DNA of 64,000 nucleotides from an uncultured Myxococcia bacterium (GTDB lineage Bacteria; Myxococcota_A; UBA9042; PHBI01): NCBI GenBank assembly GCA_942493285.1, contig OW818691.1, positions 7,126,484 to 7,190,483 of the forward strand, read 5' to 3'. Shown piece by piece: positions 18,149 to 27,632 of this stretch (position 1 is its first letter; each line of letters starts with the position of its first letter). The notes under the pieces were generated by a model. It saw only the letters and a program-made list of their open reading frames with translations, ran no database searches and was not told where the DNA came from. The position numbers and the translations under genes were made by a program.

Positions 18149-19297
18149 GATGCTTTTCCTCGAAAATCAAGTGAATCAAAAGGGGGACATGGGCAATGGC
18201 AGCTGACTGAGACCGATGCCCGACTGCGTGCTGCAAGTGCAGGATCACAGTGGGCTTCCGGTCATCGCCGCCCCCGTCTCGCTCGACCTCCCCCGACGTC
18301 CGTCAAGTGACGGGCGCCAAGAAAGCTCGCGACGCCGTTTGCACGAACCGGACCGACTTTCGCACGAACTGACACCCGAGAACGTCGCCTGAATGGCGGG
18401 CTTCGCTGCGTTCGGGCTCGTCAGCGACGTGCCGGACCAGGACGCGAGGCGCGGGTTCGGCGTGTCGTAGCGAGACGGATGGAACGTGTGTCACGATGAG
18501 GCACATGACCGGAGTCACGAGTCATCGAGACGGCGAACGAGTCACGCACGAATACGAGTCAGCCCAACCCGATTGGGCCGGTCATCATCGCGCGGGAGTC
18601 GTGCGAGTCGGGGTCAGCGACGAGGTTGACGCGGTCGTACACCGCGCGACATCCCGAGGACGTCCTGGACCACGACGATGGGGCATACCTTGGTGGCAGC
18701 GTTCATCAGTGTATCCATTCTCGACCTCCGGGAACGTCACCGCCTCCGTTGGCGGGTGAGCGGGCCGACAGTCGCGAAACGGACCGGGCGGTGTCAAGGC
18801 CAAAACCGCGACGCAGTGTAACGTGAGTCGCAAGCCGTTGTGCCAGGCGGATCTGCGAGGGGCAGACGGAGGCGGTCAGCGACGCTCGTGCCGTGACCGA
18901 GGCATGATGACTCATGCCTCGCCGCCGTCCTTCGGACGTCGGGCGCTTCGCGCGTCCGGGCTCTAGCCCGATTGGACAGGGGGTTGCACCCCCTTCGACC
19001 CCCGCGCCGCTTCGCGTCGCCCCTAGTGTTTCGCCCGGATCGAAGCGCTCCGGTCGAAGCACTCGTGGTCGACCGGGATGATGTGGGTTCAGGGAAATCA
19101 TGGTCGAGGTCGTGGGCCGCGCCCCTTCGCAAGCGAACCGCCTGGGGATGTAGCGGGTGGGGAGTGGAACCCGACGACCTCGACCTGTTTTCGTCGCTCG
19201 ACCCGTCCCGCAAGAGGCGGGTCGTGCGTTCGCCACGCGGGTTCTACGTTGGGCCTAGGACCCGCATTCACGGCGGAAGTCGTGGGCATATCGGCGC

Positions 19298-21616
19298 TTG
19301 CCGCGGGGTTTCGTTGCGCCTATGGTCGGCCGCATGGTTCTCCGCCACGCGCTCATCGCCTTTGCTTGTGCGCCGCTCATCGCGATGGGCTGCACCTCCA
19401 AGCACACCCCCGACGATCCCTATGACGTTCACCGCGAGCACCCCGTGACCGCCAAGCCGACCCTCATCGAGCCTCCGACCACGCCGCGTGATGCCGTGGT
19501 CGACACCCTGCATGGGGTGGAGGTTGCTGACCCCTATCGCTGGCTCGAGAACATCGCCGACCCGCGGGTCTCGGCCTGGGTCGATGACCAGGACGCGTTT
19601 GCTCGTCCGCTCATCGATGGGGTGGCGGGCCGTGAGCGGCTGGTCAGTCGTTTCACCGAGCTGTTCTACATGGACGCGGTGAGCGCGCCCTACCATCGCG
19701 GCAACCACTGGTTCTGGACGCGGCGCTTCAAAGACCGCGAGAAGTCGGTCGTGTTCGTGCGTGAGGGCGAGGCGGGCGCCGAACGTGTGTTGCTCGACCC
19801 GAACAAGTGGTCGACCGATGGGTCGGCAGCACTCGGCGGTTGGACCCCGAGCTGGGACGGGCGCTTCGTGGCCTACAAGGTCAAGGAGAACAACGCCGAC
19901 GAAGCGGTCATCAAGGTGCGCGACGTCGCCGCCGACAAGGACCTGGACGAGGTCATCGACGGCGCGAAGTACGCCGGGATCGCGTGGAGTGCCGACGCCA
20001 AGGGCTTCTATTACGTGTATCTGCCGCCGGCAGGACCCGGGGTGGCGGTCGATGCGCGGCCGGGTTTTGCGGAGATCCGCTGGCACGAGCTAGGAAGCGA
20101 CCCGACCGGCGACCAGCAGGTCTTTCCGCCGACGGGTGACCCCCAGACCTTCATCGGCGTCGACGTCTCGCGTGACGGGAACTGGATGTTCCTCACGGTG
20201 CAGCGCGGCTGGAACCAGACGGAGGTCTGGTTTCGTGACCTGCGCAAGATGGTCAAAGCCGATGTGACGCCAGCACCCGCCGACTTCGACACGGCGAAGC
20301 GCATCGCGTGGCACGCGGAACGGCGGGGCTTTGCACCGTTGGCGGTTGGGCTCGATGCGCTGACCAGCGTGAGCGCGCACAAGAACGTGTTCTACGCCAT
20401 CACCAACGATGGAGCGCCGCGTTACCGGGTCTTCCGTATCGATCCCAAGCGGACCAAACGGTCGCAGTGGAAGGAGATCATCCCCGAGAGCGAGGGAACG
20501 CTCGAGTCGGTCGAGATCGCCGGCGAGCACCTGCTGGTTAGCAAGCTCATCAACGCCGCGAGTCGGCTCGAGGTGCGGAAGCTCAACGGCAAGCTCGTGC
20601 GTGAGGTGGTGTTGCCGGGTATCGGCAGCGTGACCGGGACGGTGGGCGAGCCGAGCGATGACACGGCGTACTTCACGTTCACGAGCTTCACGCAGCCCCC
20701 CGAGACCTACAAAACCTCGATTTCCAAGGGAAGCGTCGAGGTGTGGTCGAAGGTCGAGATCCCCGTCGATACGAGCCGCTTCGAGGTGCAGCAGGTCTTC
20801 TATCCGTCGAAGGATGGGACGAAGGTCTCGATGTTCATCGTGCACAAGAAGGGGCTCGTCAAAGACGGCTCGCATCCGACGATGCTCTACGGGTATGGCG
20901 GCTTCAACGTGAACATGACGCCGAGCTATGCGAGCTCTGTGGCCGTGTGGCTGGAGCTCGGCGGTGTCTATGCGATGCCGAACCTGCGCGGCGGCGGGGA
21001 GTACGGCGAGGACTGGCACAAGGACGGCATGCTCTTGAAGAAGCAGAACGTCTTTGACGACTTTATCTCGGCTGCCGAGTATCTCGTCAGTCAAGGTTTT
21101 ACCAAGCCCGAGCGCCTCGCGATTCGGGGCGGTAGCAATGGTGGGTTGCTCGTCGGGGCGGCGATGACGCAGCGGCCGGACCTGTTCCGGGCGGTGATCT
21201 GCGCGGTGCCGCTGCTCGACATGGTGCGCTACCACTTGTTTGGCAGCGGTCGGACCTGGATCCCCGAGTATGGGTCGGCGGACGACGCCGAGCAGTTCAA
21301 GACGCTGTTCGGGTACTCGCCCTATCATCGGGTGGTGCGCGGCACGCGTTATCCGGCGCTGCTCATGATGGCGGCCGACTCGGACGACCGCGTGGACCCA
21401 TTGCATGCGCGTAAGTTCGCGGCCCTCATCCAGTGGGCGAACGAAGGGGTGGACGACCCGCGGCCTGCCCTGTTTCGGGTCGAGCGTAACGCCGGTCATG
21501 GCGGCGGCGACCTGGTGAAGCAGTCGGTCCAGACCTTCGCCGACCAGTTCGCGTTCCTCGCCTGGCAGCTCGGGATGGACATCCCGGGCGCGTATCCCGG
21601 TGCGGCCAAGCCATGA
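19298..21616 (+). CDS. Prolyl oligopeptidase (S9A family serine peptidase), probable lipoprotein
   Basis: 772 aa. Beta-propeller N-domain plus alpha/beta-hydrolase domain with catalytic context …LAIRGGSNGGLLVGAAMTQRPDLF… (Ser), …DSDDRVDP… (Asp), …NAGHGG (His). Start is TTG at 19298 or ATG at 19322. N-terminus LIAMGCTS is lipobox-like. Confidence 0.85.
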   Translation: MPRGFVAPMVGRMVLRHALIAFACAPLIAMGCTSKHTPDDPYDVHREHPVTAKPTLIEPPTTPRDAVVDTLHGVEVADPYRWLENIADPRVSAWVDDQDAFARPLIDGVAGRERLVSRFTELFYMDAVSAPYHRGNHWFWTRRFKDREKSVVFVREGEAGAERVLLDPNKWSTDGSAALGGWTPSWDGRFVAYKVKENNADEAVIKVRDVAADKDLDEVIDGAKYAGIAWSADAKGFYYVYLPPAGPGVAVDARPGFAEIRWHELGSDPTGDQQVFPPTGDPQTFIGVDVSRDGNWMFLTVQRGWNQTEVWFRDLRKMVKADVTPAPADFDTAKRIAWHAERRGFAPLAVGLDALTSVSAHKNVFYAITNDGAPRYRVFRIDPKRTKRSQWKEIIPESEGTLESVEIAGEHLLVSKLINAASRLEVRKLNGKLVREVVLPGIGSVTGTVGEPSDDTAYFTFTSFTQPPETYKTSISKGSVEVWSKVEIPVDTSRFEVQQVFYPSKDGTKVSMFIVHKKGLVKDGSHPTMLYGYGGFNVNMTPSYASSVAVWLELGGVYAMPNLRGGGEYGEDWHKDGMLLKKQNVFDDFISAAEYLVSQGFTKPERLAIRGGSNGGLLVGAAMTQRPDLFRAVICAVPLLDMVRYHLFGSGRTWIPEYGSADDAEQFKTLFGYSPYHRVVRGTRYPALLMMAADSDDRVDPLHARKFAALIQWANEGVDDPRPALFRVERNAGHGGGDLVKQSVQTFADQFAFLAWQLGMDIPGAYPGAAKP

Positions 21617-21930
21617 GCGGCGACGGACACACGCCGCGTGGGACCCATGCCCCACATGTCTCGCTCGAGCACTTGAGCCCAGACGAGCTGCGTGAACGTT
21701 TGAGCCGGGCGATGCACGCCATCGGCGCCTTGCAGCGTCTGAGCTTCGCTTTGAAAGAGCTCGTGCCCAAGGCCTTCGAGGAAGGCTTTCGGAGCCGATT
21801 GCCGGCGGTCGAGGAGCCCTGGCTCATCGACTGGTTGCACTCGGAGAGTCGGCGGGCGCTCGAGCCGCTGTTGTCCGGGATGCCGAGTCCAAGGGTGCCG
21901 CCGCCCGAGCCGGATGGAGAGGTCTCGTGA
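21613..21930 (+). CDS. Hypothetical small protein
   Basis: 105 aa. ATGA overlap with the oligopeptidase stop and its own stop overlaps the next start, indicating translational coupling. No motif recognised. Confidence 0.4.
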   Translation: MSGDGHTPRGTHAPHVSLEHLSPDELRERLSRAMHAIGALQRLSFALKELVPKAFEEGFRSRLPAVEEPWLIDWLHSESRRALEPLLSGMPSPRVPPPEPDGEVS

Positions 21931-22547
21931 GGGGCAGGGTCTCACCCGAGCTCATCGTGACAGGGGCCGTCGGGAGCTACCTCATCGGGGCGTGTTGGAT
22001 CATCCTGTTCCTCACGGTCGCGTTCTCGTCGGCCAACTCCGACAAGAGTCTCAACTTCTTCATGAGCCTCGGCATCGGTGTAGGGCTCGTGTCCGTCCTG
22101 CTCTGGGTGGGCGGCTGCATCTGTGAAGGCATCGGTTGGATCGGGATGCGGCGCTTGAATCCAGGGATCGCGGGGTTCATCGGCTGGGCGACGGCGACCC
22201 TGCCTGCGACCTATTTCCTGCTGTTGATCCTTGGCGCGGGCGGGCTCGAGGCGGGCGTCATCCACGTCTTCGTCATCGTCCAGCTCACGCTCTACCTCTC
22301 GACGGTGGTCTTCCTGTTGGGGCGTAAGGGTGACCGGTCCCGAACACTGCCGGCTATCGTGGGCTTCGTCATCGCCATCCTCGGGATCCTCGGGTTCTAT
22401 GTCATGGCGTTGTCTGAGAGGTTCCTGGCCGGCAACATCGTCTTCCTCTTCGTCGCCCTGGGCGGCATGGCGATTGGGCACCTGGCGATGGGCAGTTATT
22501 TCAAGTACGCGGCCAACGTGGCCCGAGAGCTCGACGTCTTCAGGTGA
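21927..22547 (+). CDS. Hypothetical polytopic membrane protein
   Basis: 206 aa with 5-6 hydrophobic helices. GTGA overlap with the upstream stop. Confidence 0.5.
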   Translation: MRGRVSPELIVTGAVGSYLIGACWIILFLTVAFSSANSDKSLNFFMSLGIGVGLVSVLLWVGGCICEGIGWIGMRRLNPGIAGFIGWATATLPATYFLLLILGAGGLEAGVIHVFVIVQLTLYLSTVVFLLGRKGDRSRTLPAIVGFVIAILGILGFYVMALSERFLAGNIVFLFVALGGMAIGHLAMGSYFKYAANVARELDVFR

Positions 22548-22551
22548 GGGT

Positions 22552-24147
22552 ATGACCTACGACTGGATCATCATCGGCTCGGGTTTTGGTGGCAGCGTCT
22601 CGGCGCTGAGGCTCGTCGAGAAGGGCTACAAGGTCCTCCTCATCGAGAAAGGAAAACGATTTCAACCCCAGGACTTCGCCAAGAACAACTGGGACCTGAA
22701 GCGCTGGATGTGGATGCCGAAGATGGGGCTCGAGGGCATCTTCCAGATGTCCTTCATGGAGCACGTCACCATCATGCATGGGGTCGGTGTCGGTGGTGGT
22801 AGCCTCGTGTACGCGAACACGTTGCCCACGCCTCGCGACGACTTCTTCGAGAACAAGAGCTGGGGCCACCTCGACGACTGGAAGGCCGAGCTCGAGCCGC
22901 ATTATCGGACGGCCAAGCGGATGCTGGGTGCGGCCGAGAACCCACGCGAGACGCCGGGTGATCGGGTGTTGGAAGAGGTCGCGCGCGACATCGGTCGCCA
23001 CGACAAGTTCCACCGGACCGAGGTCGCGGTCTTCTTCGGTGAGCCCGGGAAGAAGGTGCCGGACCCCTACTTCGGGGGTGAAGGGCCCGAGCGGGTCGGG
23101 TGCAATTTCTGTGGCGCGTGTATGACCGGGTGTCGGATCGGCGCGAAGAACACGCTCGACCGCAACTACCTGTACCTGGCCGAGAAGCGTGGGCTGACGT
23201 TGATCGCGGAGACCGAGGTGGTCGCCGTGCGGCCCGACCCGGCGGGTGGCTATCGGGTCGAGACGAAGGCCTCGTTGCAGAGCGGCCTGCCGTTCATCGG
23301 CACGGGAAAGAAGGCGCGTACCTTCTCGGCGAAGAAGGTCGTGTTCGCGGGCGGGGTCATGGGGACGATGCCGCTCTTGTTGGCGATGAAGGCTGACCAG
23401 AAAGGGTTGCCCAAGCTGAGCGATCGGCTGGGTGACAGCGTAAGGACCAACTCGGAGTCGCTCATCGGGGTGGTCGCGCCGGACTATCCGGAGGCGATGT
23501 CGAAGGGTGTCGCCATCACGTCGATCCTGCACACGGACGACCACAGCCACATCGAGCCGGTTCGTTACGGCAGCGGGTCCGGGTTCTTCCGGCTCATGAT
23601 GTTGCCTCATGCGCCGGGCGACACGGTGGCGGCGCGCCTGAAACACATGATGGGGAGCCTTGTGTCTGAGCCGCGGAAGTGGGCGAGGGCCTTTGCGACC
23701 GAAGACTTCGCGCGCCAATCGCAGGTCATGTTGTACATGCGGACGCTCGAGGGGGCGCTCAAGATGCGGCTCGGTCGGAGCCCGTTCACGGGCTATTCGA
23801 AGGGGCTCGTGACGGTGCTCGAGGATGGGGCCGAGGCGCCCAAGGCGTTCATGCCGGAGGCGACGGACCTGGCCGAGCGGTTCGCGGAGAAGGTCGGTGG
23901 AGTGACGGCGACGCTCTTGACGGAGACCCTGCTCGGGACGCCCAGCACGGCGCATATCCTGGGTGGGGCGACCATGGGGCGGCACGCGGACGAGGGTGTC
24001 ATCGACAAGAACCATCAGGTCTTTGGCTACGAGGGACTCTATGTGATCGACGGGTCGGCGGTGTCGGCCAACCCGGGCGTGAACCCGTCGTTGACGATCA
24101 CGGCGCTGGCCGAGCGGGCGATGTCGAAGATCCCGGCGGCTGGCTGA
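22552..24147 (+). CDS. GMC-family FAD-dependent oxidoreductase (cholesterol-oxidase-like)
   Basis: ATG at 22552 with AGGTGAGG RBS. N-terminal Rossmann motif DWIIIGSGFGGSVSALRL. GMC C-terminal signature …GLYVIDGSAVSANPGVNPSLTITALAERA…. CNFCGACMTGC cysteine cluster. The longer ORF-track start (22231) is rejected because it lies inside the upstream gene frame. Confidence 0.8.
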   Translation: MTYDWIIIGSGFGGSVSALRLVEKGYKVLLIEKGKRFQPQDFAKNNWDLKRWMWMPKMGLEGIFQMSFMEHVTIMHGVGVGGGSLVYANTLPTPRDDFFENKSWGHLDDWKAELEPHYRTAKRMLGAAENPRETPGDRVLEEVARDIGRHDKFHRTEVAVFFGEPGKKVPDPYFGGEGPERVGCNFCGACMTGCRIGAKNTLDRNYLYLAEKRGLTLIAETEVVAVRPDPAGGYRVETKASLQSGLPFIGTGKKARTFSAKKVVFAGGVMGTMPLLLAMKADQKGLPKLSDRLGDSVRTNSESLIGVVAPDYPEAMSKGVAITSILHTDDHSHIEPVRYGSGSGFFRLMMLPHAPGDTVAARLKHMMGSLVSEPRKWARAFATEDFARQSQVMLYMRTLEGALKMRLGRSPFTGYSKGLVTVLEDGAEAPKAFMPEATDLAERFAEKVGGVTATLLTETLLGTPSTAHILGGATMGRHADEGVIDKNHQVFGYEGLYVIDGSAVSANPGVNPSLTITALAERAMSKIPAAG

Positions 24148-24209
24148 GCCTGGGGTGCGGGGATGTCTTGGTCATCAAGATAGTTGATGGTCGAGACAGC
24201 TCGTCGGGG

Positions 24210-25376
24210 TCACTGGGCGCGGCGGGCGACCTTGCGGACAAAGCCGAAGTCGTTCTCGACGATGAGGATGTTGCCGTCCCGGTCGAGCGTGATGGAACGG
24301 ACCTCGCTGACCTTCTCGCCGGGTGAACGGAAGAAACGACCGTCGCCGGCGTGGGCGTGGTTGTCGCCGCCGTCGAGGAAGAGGTGCAAGGTGCCTTCGG
24401 GGGCGAGCCACCAGACCTGATTGCCTTCGTGGGTGCCGATGAGCAGGCCGCCGTCGCCGGTGAAGGCGAGCGCGCGGGGTTCTTCGAGGCCGGACGCGGT
24501 GGCCGGGAAGCCGTCGCCTCCACCGAGCGTCGTGCCGTTGCCGGCGATGATGGTCCGGGTGCCGGACGCGGACAGGCGGTAGACGTAGTGGCCGCCGCGG
24601 TCGGTGACGAAGAGCGTGCCATCGGAGTCGACGTCGAGGTTGCCAAGGGCGTTGAAGCCAGTCGCGAAGGTGCGCAGGCCAATGCCGGACTGCCACTTCA
24701 GGACCTTGGTTTCCGAGGCGATGTAGGCGAGCTTCTCGTCGTTCGAGACCCAGAGGCCACGACCGGTGCTGATGCCGTCGGGGACGGTGATGAAGGTCGT
24801 CATCTGGTCGCCTTCGAGGCGGCGGATCTTGCCGTTGCCGAGGTCGAGGATGAAGACGATGTCGTCGGCGCTCACGTAGAGCCCGTTGGGGTCGATGAGG
24901 CGCATGGCTGACGCCAAGCCGGGGCCGTCGCCGTCATCGCCGACAAGGCCCGTGCCGGCGACGGTGTGGATCGTGCCGTCGGGGTCGACGCGTCGAACGG
25001 CGTGGGCTTCCTTGTCGGCGATGAAGACACGGCCGAGAGAGTCGGCCATGGCCATGTGTGGGCGTGAGAGCTCGGCGGCGGTGGCGGGGCCGCCCTCATA
25101 GGAGGAGAGCCACTCGTTGCCGAGGTCGCGGACGGCACCCTTGCCGGCGATGGTCGTGAGCAGGTCATAGCGGGCGACGAGGCGCTCGAATGAGGTGCCG
25201 ACCGGGGCGTCGGGGATGTCGCTCGGGTCGATGTCCGGCGGGTCGGTGTCCGGTGCGTCGGTGTCGGGTGTGCCGTCGGTGTCGGGTGTGCCGTCGGCGT
25301 CAGCGGGCGAAGAGGTTTCGTCGGAGCAGCACACGAAGGCGAGGGCAGCGAGCGCGGTGAGGAGTCGGATGGTCAA
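24210..25376 (-). CDS. NHL-repeat six-bladed beta-propeller lipoprotein with Asp/Pro/Thr-rich linker
   Basis: TTG start (25374-25376) overlaps the TGA of the upstream TPR gene (TTGA). Signal/lipobox-like LTIRLLTALAALAFVCCSDE. DGTPDTD linker. Repeated NHL-like blades (…GRVFIADKEAHAVRRVDPDGTIHTVAG…, …GTLFVTDRGGHYVYRL…, …GNILIVENDFGFVRKV). Confidence 0.65.
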   Translation of the reverse strand: MTIRLLTALAALAFVCCSDETSSPADADGTPDTDGTPDTDAPDTDPPDIDPSDIPDAPVGTSFERLVARYDLLTTIAGKGAVRDLGNEWLSSYEGGPATAAELSRPHMAMADSLGRVFIADKEAHAVRRVDPDGTIHTVAGTGLVGDDGDGPGLASAMRLIDPNGLYVSADDIVFILDLGNGKIRRLEGDQMTTFITVPDGISTGRGLWVSNDEKLAYIASETKVLKWQSGIGLRTFATGFNALGNLDVDSDGTLFVTDRGGHYVYRLSASGTRTIIAGNGTTLGGGDGFPATASGLEEPRALAFTGDGGLLIGTHEGNQVWWLAPEGTLHLFLDGGDNHAHAGDGRFFRSPGEKVSEVRSITLDRDGNILIVENDFGFVRKVARRAQ

Positions 25377-27307
25377 GTAGCAGTCCGGGCCTTCTGGAGG
25401 AGGTTGATCTGAGAGCGGGCGGCTTCGAGGCGTTTGGCCTCGGCGGCGGCGCCGAGCTCCTGGGCCTGCAAGGCGGTGTGGTCGGCGAGGGTGGACGCTT
25501 CGTCGAGGCGGCCGTGGGCGATGAGGAGTGAGACCTTGCGCCGGGCGATGCGCAGCGCGACGAGGCCGAGGCAAAGAGCCGTGACGCGGTCATGCAGCGG
25601 GTCGAGGGTGTCGGGGGCGGCGAGGGTCGCCACGAGTTGGAGGCTCTCGAGCTCGATGGCGAGCGGCTCGAGGCCTTGTTTGCGCGCCCAGCTCAGGCCT
25701 TCGTCAAGACGCGTCATGTGGTCGGGGCGCTCGACGAGGTCGTCGCGGTCGGGGAGGTCGTCGAAGATGGAGAGCCACTGGCCAAGAGCGTCGCCGGTGC
25801 GCCCGGCGTTCATGAAGGCCTCGGCGGCGGACTCCATGGAGGTGAGCGTCTCGGCGGAGGGGGTCGCGGCATGGGCGACGCGGGCATGCATGGCGGCGAG
25901 GTCGAGGGCTTCGCGCAGCGGTGGTGCGTCTTCGGGAGAGGGGGGGACGCCGTCCTCGTCGGTGATGCGCATGGCGTCGAGCCGAAGCTGGGCCTGGGCG
26001 ACGGCGGCGGCCGCGAGGTCGAGCTGGTCGGTGGCGAGGGCGGCGTCGGCGACGACGAGGTGCGCCATGACACGGTCCGATGGGCTCCCAGTCTGGTCGA
26101 TGGCGCCGACGGCCTGGCGATATCCTTTGAGCGCGCGGGCGAGGTGGCCGCGGGCATGATCGATGGCGGCGAGGTTCATTTGTGTGCGGGCGATGGCGGC
26201 GTGGTGTTGGGCCTCGGAGGCGCGATTGTGGGCCTGGGTGAAGAGTTGTTGGGCTCGGTCGAGGTGGCCGGTGCGGGCTTCGAGCTGGCCGAGCATCGTC
26301 TCGATGTCGGCGATGGTTCGGGCGGCGCTGGGCGCGAGCTTGTCGAGGGCTTCTTCATAGAACTTGCGGGCGCCAGCGAAGTCGCCGCGGGTGGCCCTCA
26401 GGTTGGCGAGGTTCACGAGGCCGCCCAACATGGCGTGGTGTTGTTTGTAGCGTTTGTCGAGCGAGAGGGCCTGGGTGTAGTGGCTTTGCGCGTCGTCGAG
26501 CGCGCCGCGGGCGGCGGCGATGTTGCCCAGGTTGGTGTGGGTGCGGGCGATGGAAGGTCCGTCGCCGAGCAGGTTGGCGAAAGCGAGGGCGGCGCGGAAG
26601 CGGGTCTCGGCGCGCTCGAGGTCGCCGACCGAGCGGAGCGCGTTACCGAGGTTGTTGAGGGTCAGCGCCATCAGCGCCGTGTCGCGGGCCTGGTGGGCGG
26701 CGTCGAACGCCCTCTCGAAGAGGGTGCGGGCGGCATATTGGTCGCCGCGGGCGCGGGCGATCTCGCCGAGCGCGTTCTCGACGTTGGCGAGGCTGGCGAG
26801 GTCATCGGCGAGGTGCGCCGCGTCGCGGGCGCGTGTGAAGGCGGCCTCGGCGTCGTCGTAGGCGCCGCGGTTCATCTGCAGTCGCCCGAGGTTGGAAGCG
26901 ATGGTGGAGACGAGGGCGTGGTCGCGAGAGACCGAGGCGAGGGCCAGCGCTTCGTTCCAGTTCTCGCCGGCCGCGAGGGGGTCGCCGCGTTGGGCGAACA
27001 GGGTCGCGACGTGCGACAGGACGATGGCGAGGTGGCGTTCGGCGCCGGGGACACGGGAGAGCTCGAGGGAGCGCGAGAGCTCGTCCAGCGCCCGGTCGGG
27101 CTCGCCGAGCTTCTGGGAGCAGAGGCCGGCTCTCTGCCAGGCGTCGCGTTGGCCCTCGGGGTCGGCGGCCTCTTCATAGAGGGCAGCCGCTTTCAGCCAT
27201 TGGGCGTGGGCCTCGTCGAAGCGTTCTTCGGCGGTCATGTAGGTAGCGGCCTCGACGTGTTGTTCGGCGAGGGCGAGCGAGCGTTCGGCGCGGGTCGGTA
27301 GACTCAT
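25373..27307 (-). CDS. TPR-repeat protein (TPR_12-like, ~14 repeats)
   Basis: 644 aa of consecutive TPR units (…NLGNALRSVGDLERAETRFRAALAF…, …NLANLRATRGDFAGARKFYEEAL…). No signal peptide. Confidence 0.7.
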   Translation of the reverse strand: MSLPTRAERSLALAEQHVEAATYMTAEERFDEAHAQWLKAAALYEEAADPEGQRDAWQRAGLCSQKLGEPDRALDELSRSLELSRVPGAERHLAIVLSHVATLFAQRGDPLAAGENWNEALALASVSRDHALVSTIASNLGRLQMNRGAYDDAEAAFTRARDAAHLADDLASLANVENALGEIARARGDQYAARTLFERAFDAAHQARDTALMALTLNNLGNALRSVGDLERAETRFRAALAFANLLGDGPSIARTHTNLGNIAAARGALDDAQSHYTQALSLDKRYKQHHAMLGGLVNLANLRATRGDFAGARKFYEEALDKLAPSAARTIADIETMLGQLEARTGHLDRAQQLFTQAHNRASEAQHHAAIARTQMNLAAIDHARGHLARALKGYRQAVGAIDQTGSPSDRVMAHLVVADAALATDQLDLAAAAVAQAQLRLDAMRITDEDGVPPSPEDAPPLREALDLAAMHARVAHAATPSAETLTSMESAAEAFMNAGRTGDALGQWLSIFDDLPDRDDLVERPDHMTRLDEGLSWARKQGLEPLAIELESLQLVATLAAPDTLDPLHDRVTALCLGLVALRIARRKVSLLIAHGRLDEASTLADHTALQAQELGAAAEAKRLEAARSQINLLQKARTAT

Positions 27308-27632
27308 GTCGGCAAGCTAACCGGATGGGAGCCGTGATGCCAAGGCGGGTGTGGGCCTGTTGTGGGTCCTGGTGTCGGACCGGGCGCCATGGCCTGGTCG
27401 AGGTGTCGGCGAGGCGCCTGGGAATGGCGGTGCGGGCGGTGCGAAGGCGGCTGGGGGAGTTTTGTTCGATAGCGAAACACCGGGCCGGTTTACCTGCGGA
27501 GGTGCCTGGGTCCCTTGGCTCCGAGACGGGCCGATGCGGGTGCTGAGCGGGTCTCTTGACGGGATCGAATCCCGTGATAGCGTCCGCCGCGGCTACGGCC
27601 CCAACAACCAGATTCTCTTCAGGAGGGACTCC

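Noticed and set aside
18346-18364. RNase P-like GAAAGUCGG motif on the minus strand
   Set aside because: It is an isolated 9-mer. None of the other conserved RNase P blocks (AGGGUGAAANGGUG, ACANAANC) occur nearby.
19130-19200. tRNA-like segment (gcctggggatgtagcgggtggggagtggaacccgacgacc)
   Set aside because: There is no acceptor-stem complementarity and no GTTCGAATC-type T-loop or anticodon arm. It reads as a coincidental resemblance.
22231-22551. 5' extensions of ORF-track entries (22231, 27351, 34551, 45133, 51168, 56668, 9729, 32940-33473, 63055-63180)
   Set aside because: The extensions run through upstream genes or intergenic DNA with Arg/Ser-rich nonsense. Internal ATG/GTG/TTG starts with RBS, or stop-start overlap with recognisable N-termini (signal peptides, family N-motifs), were preferred.
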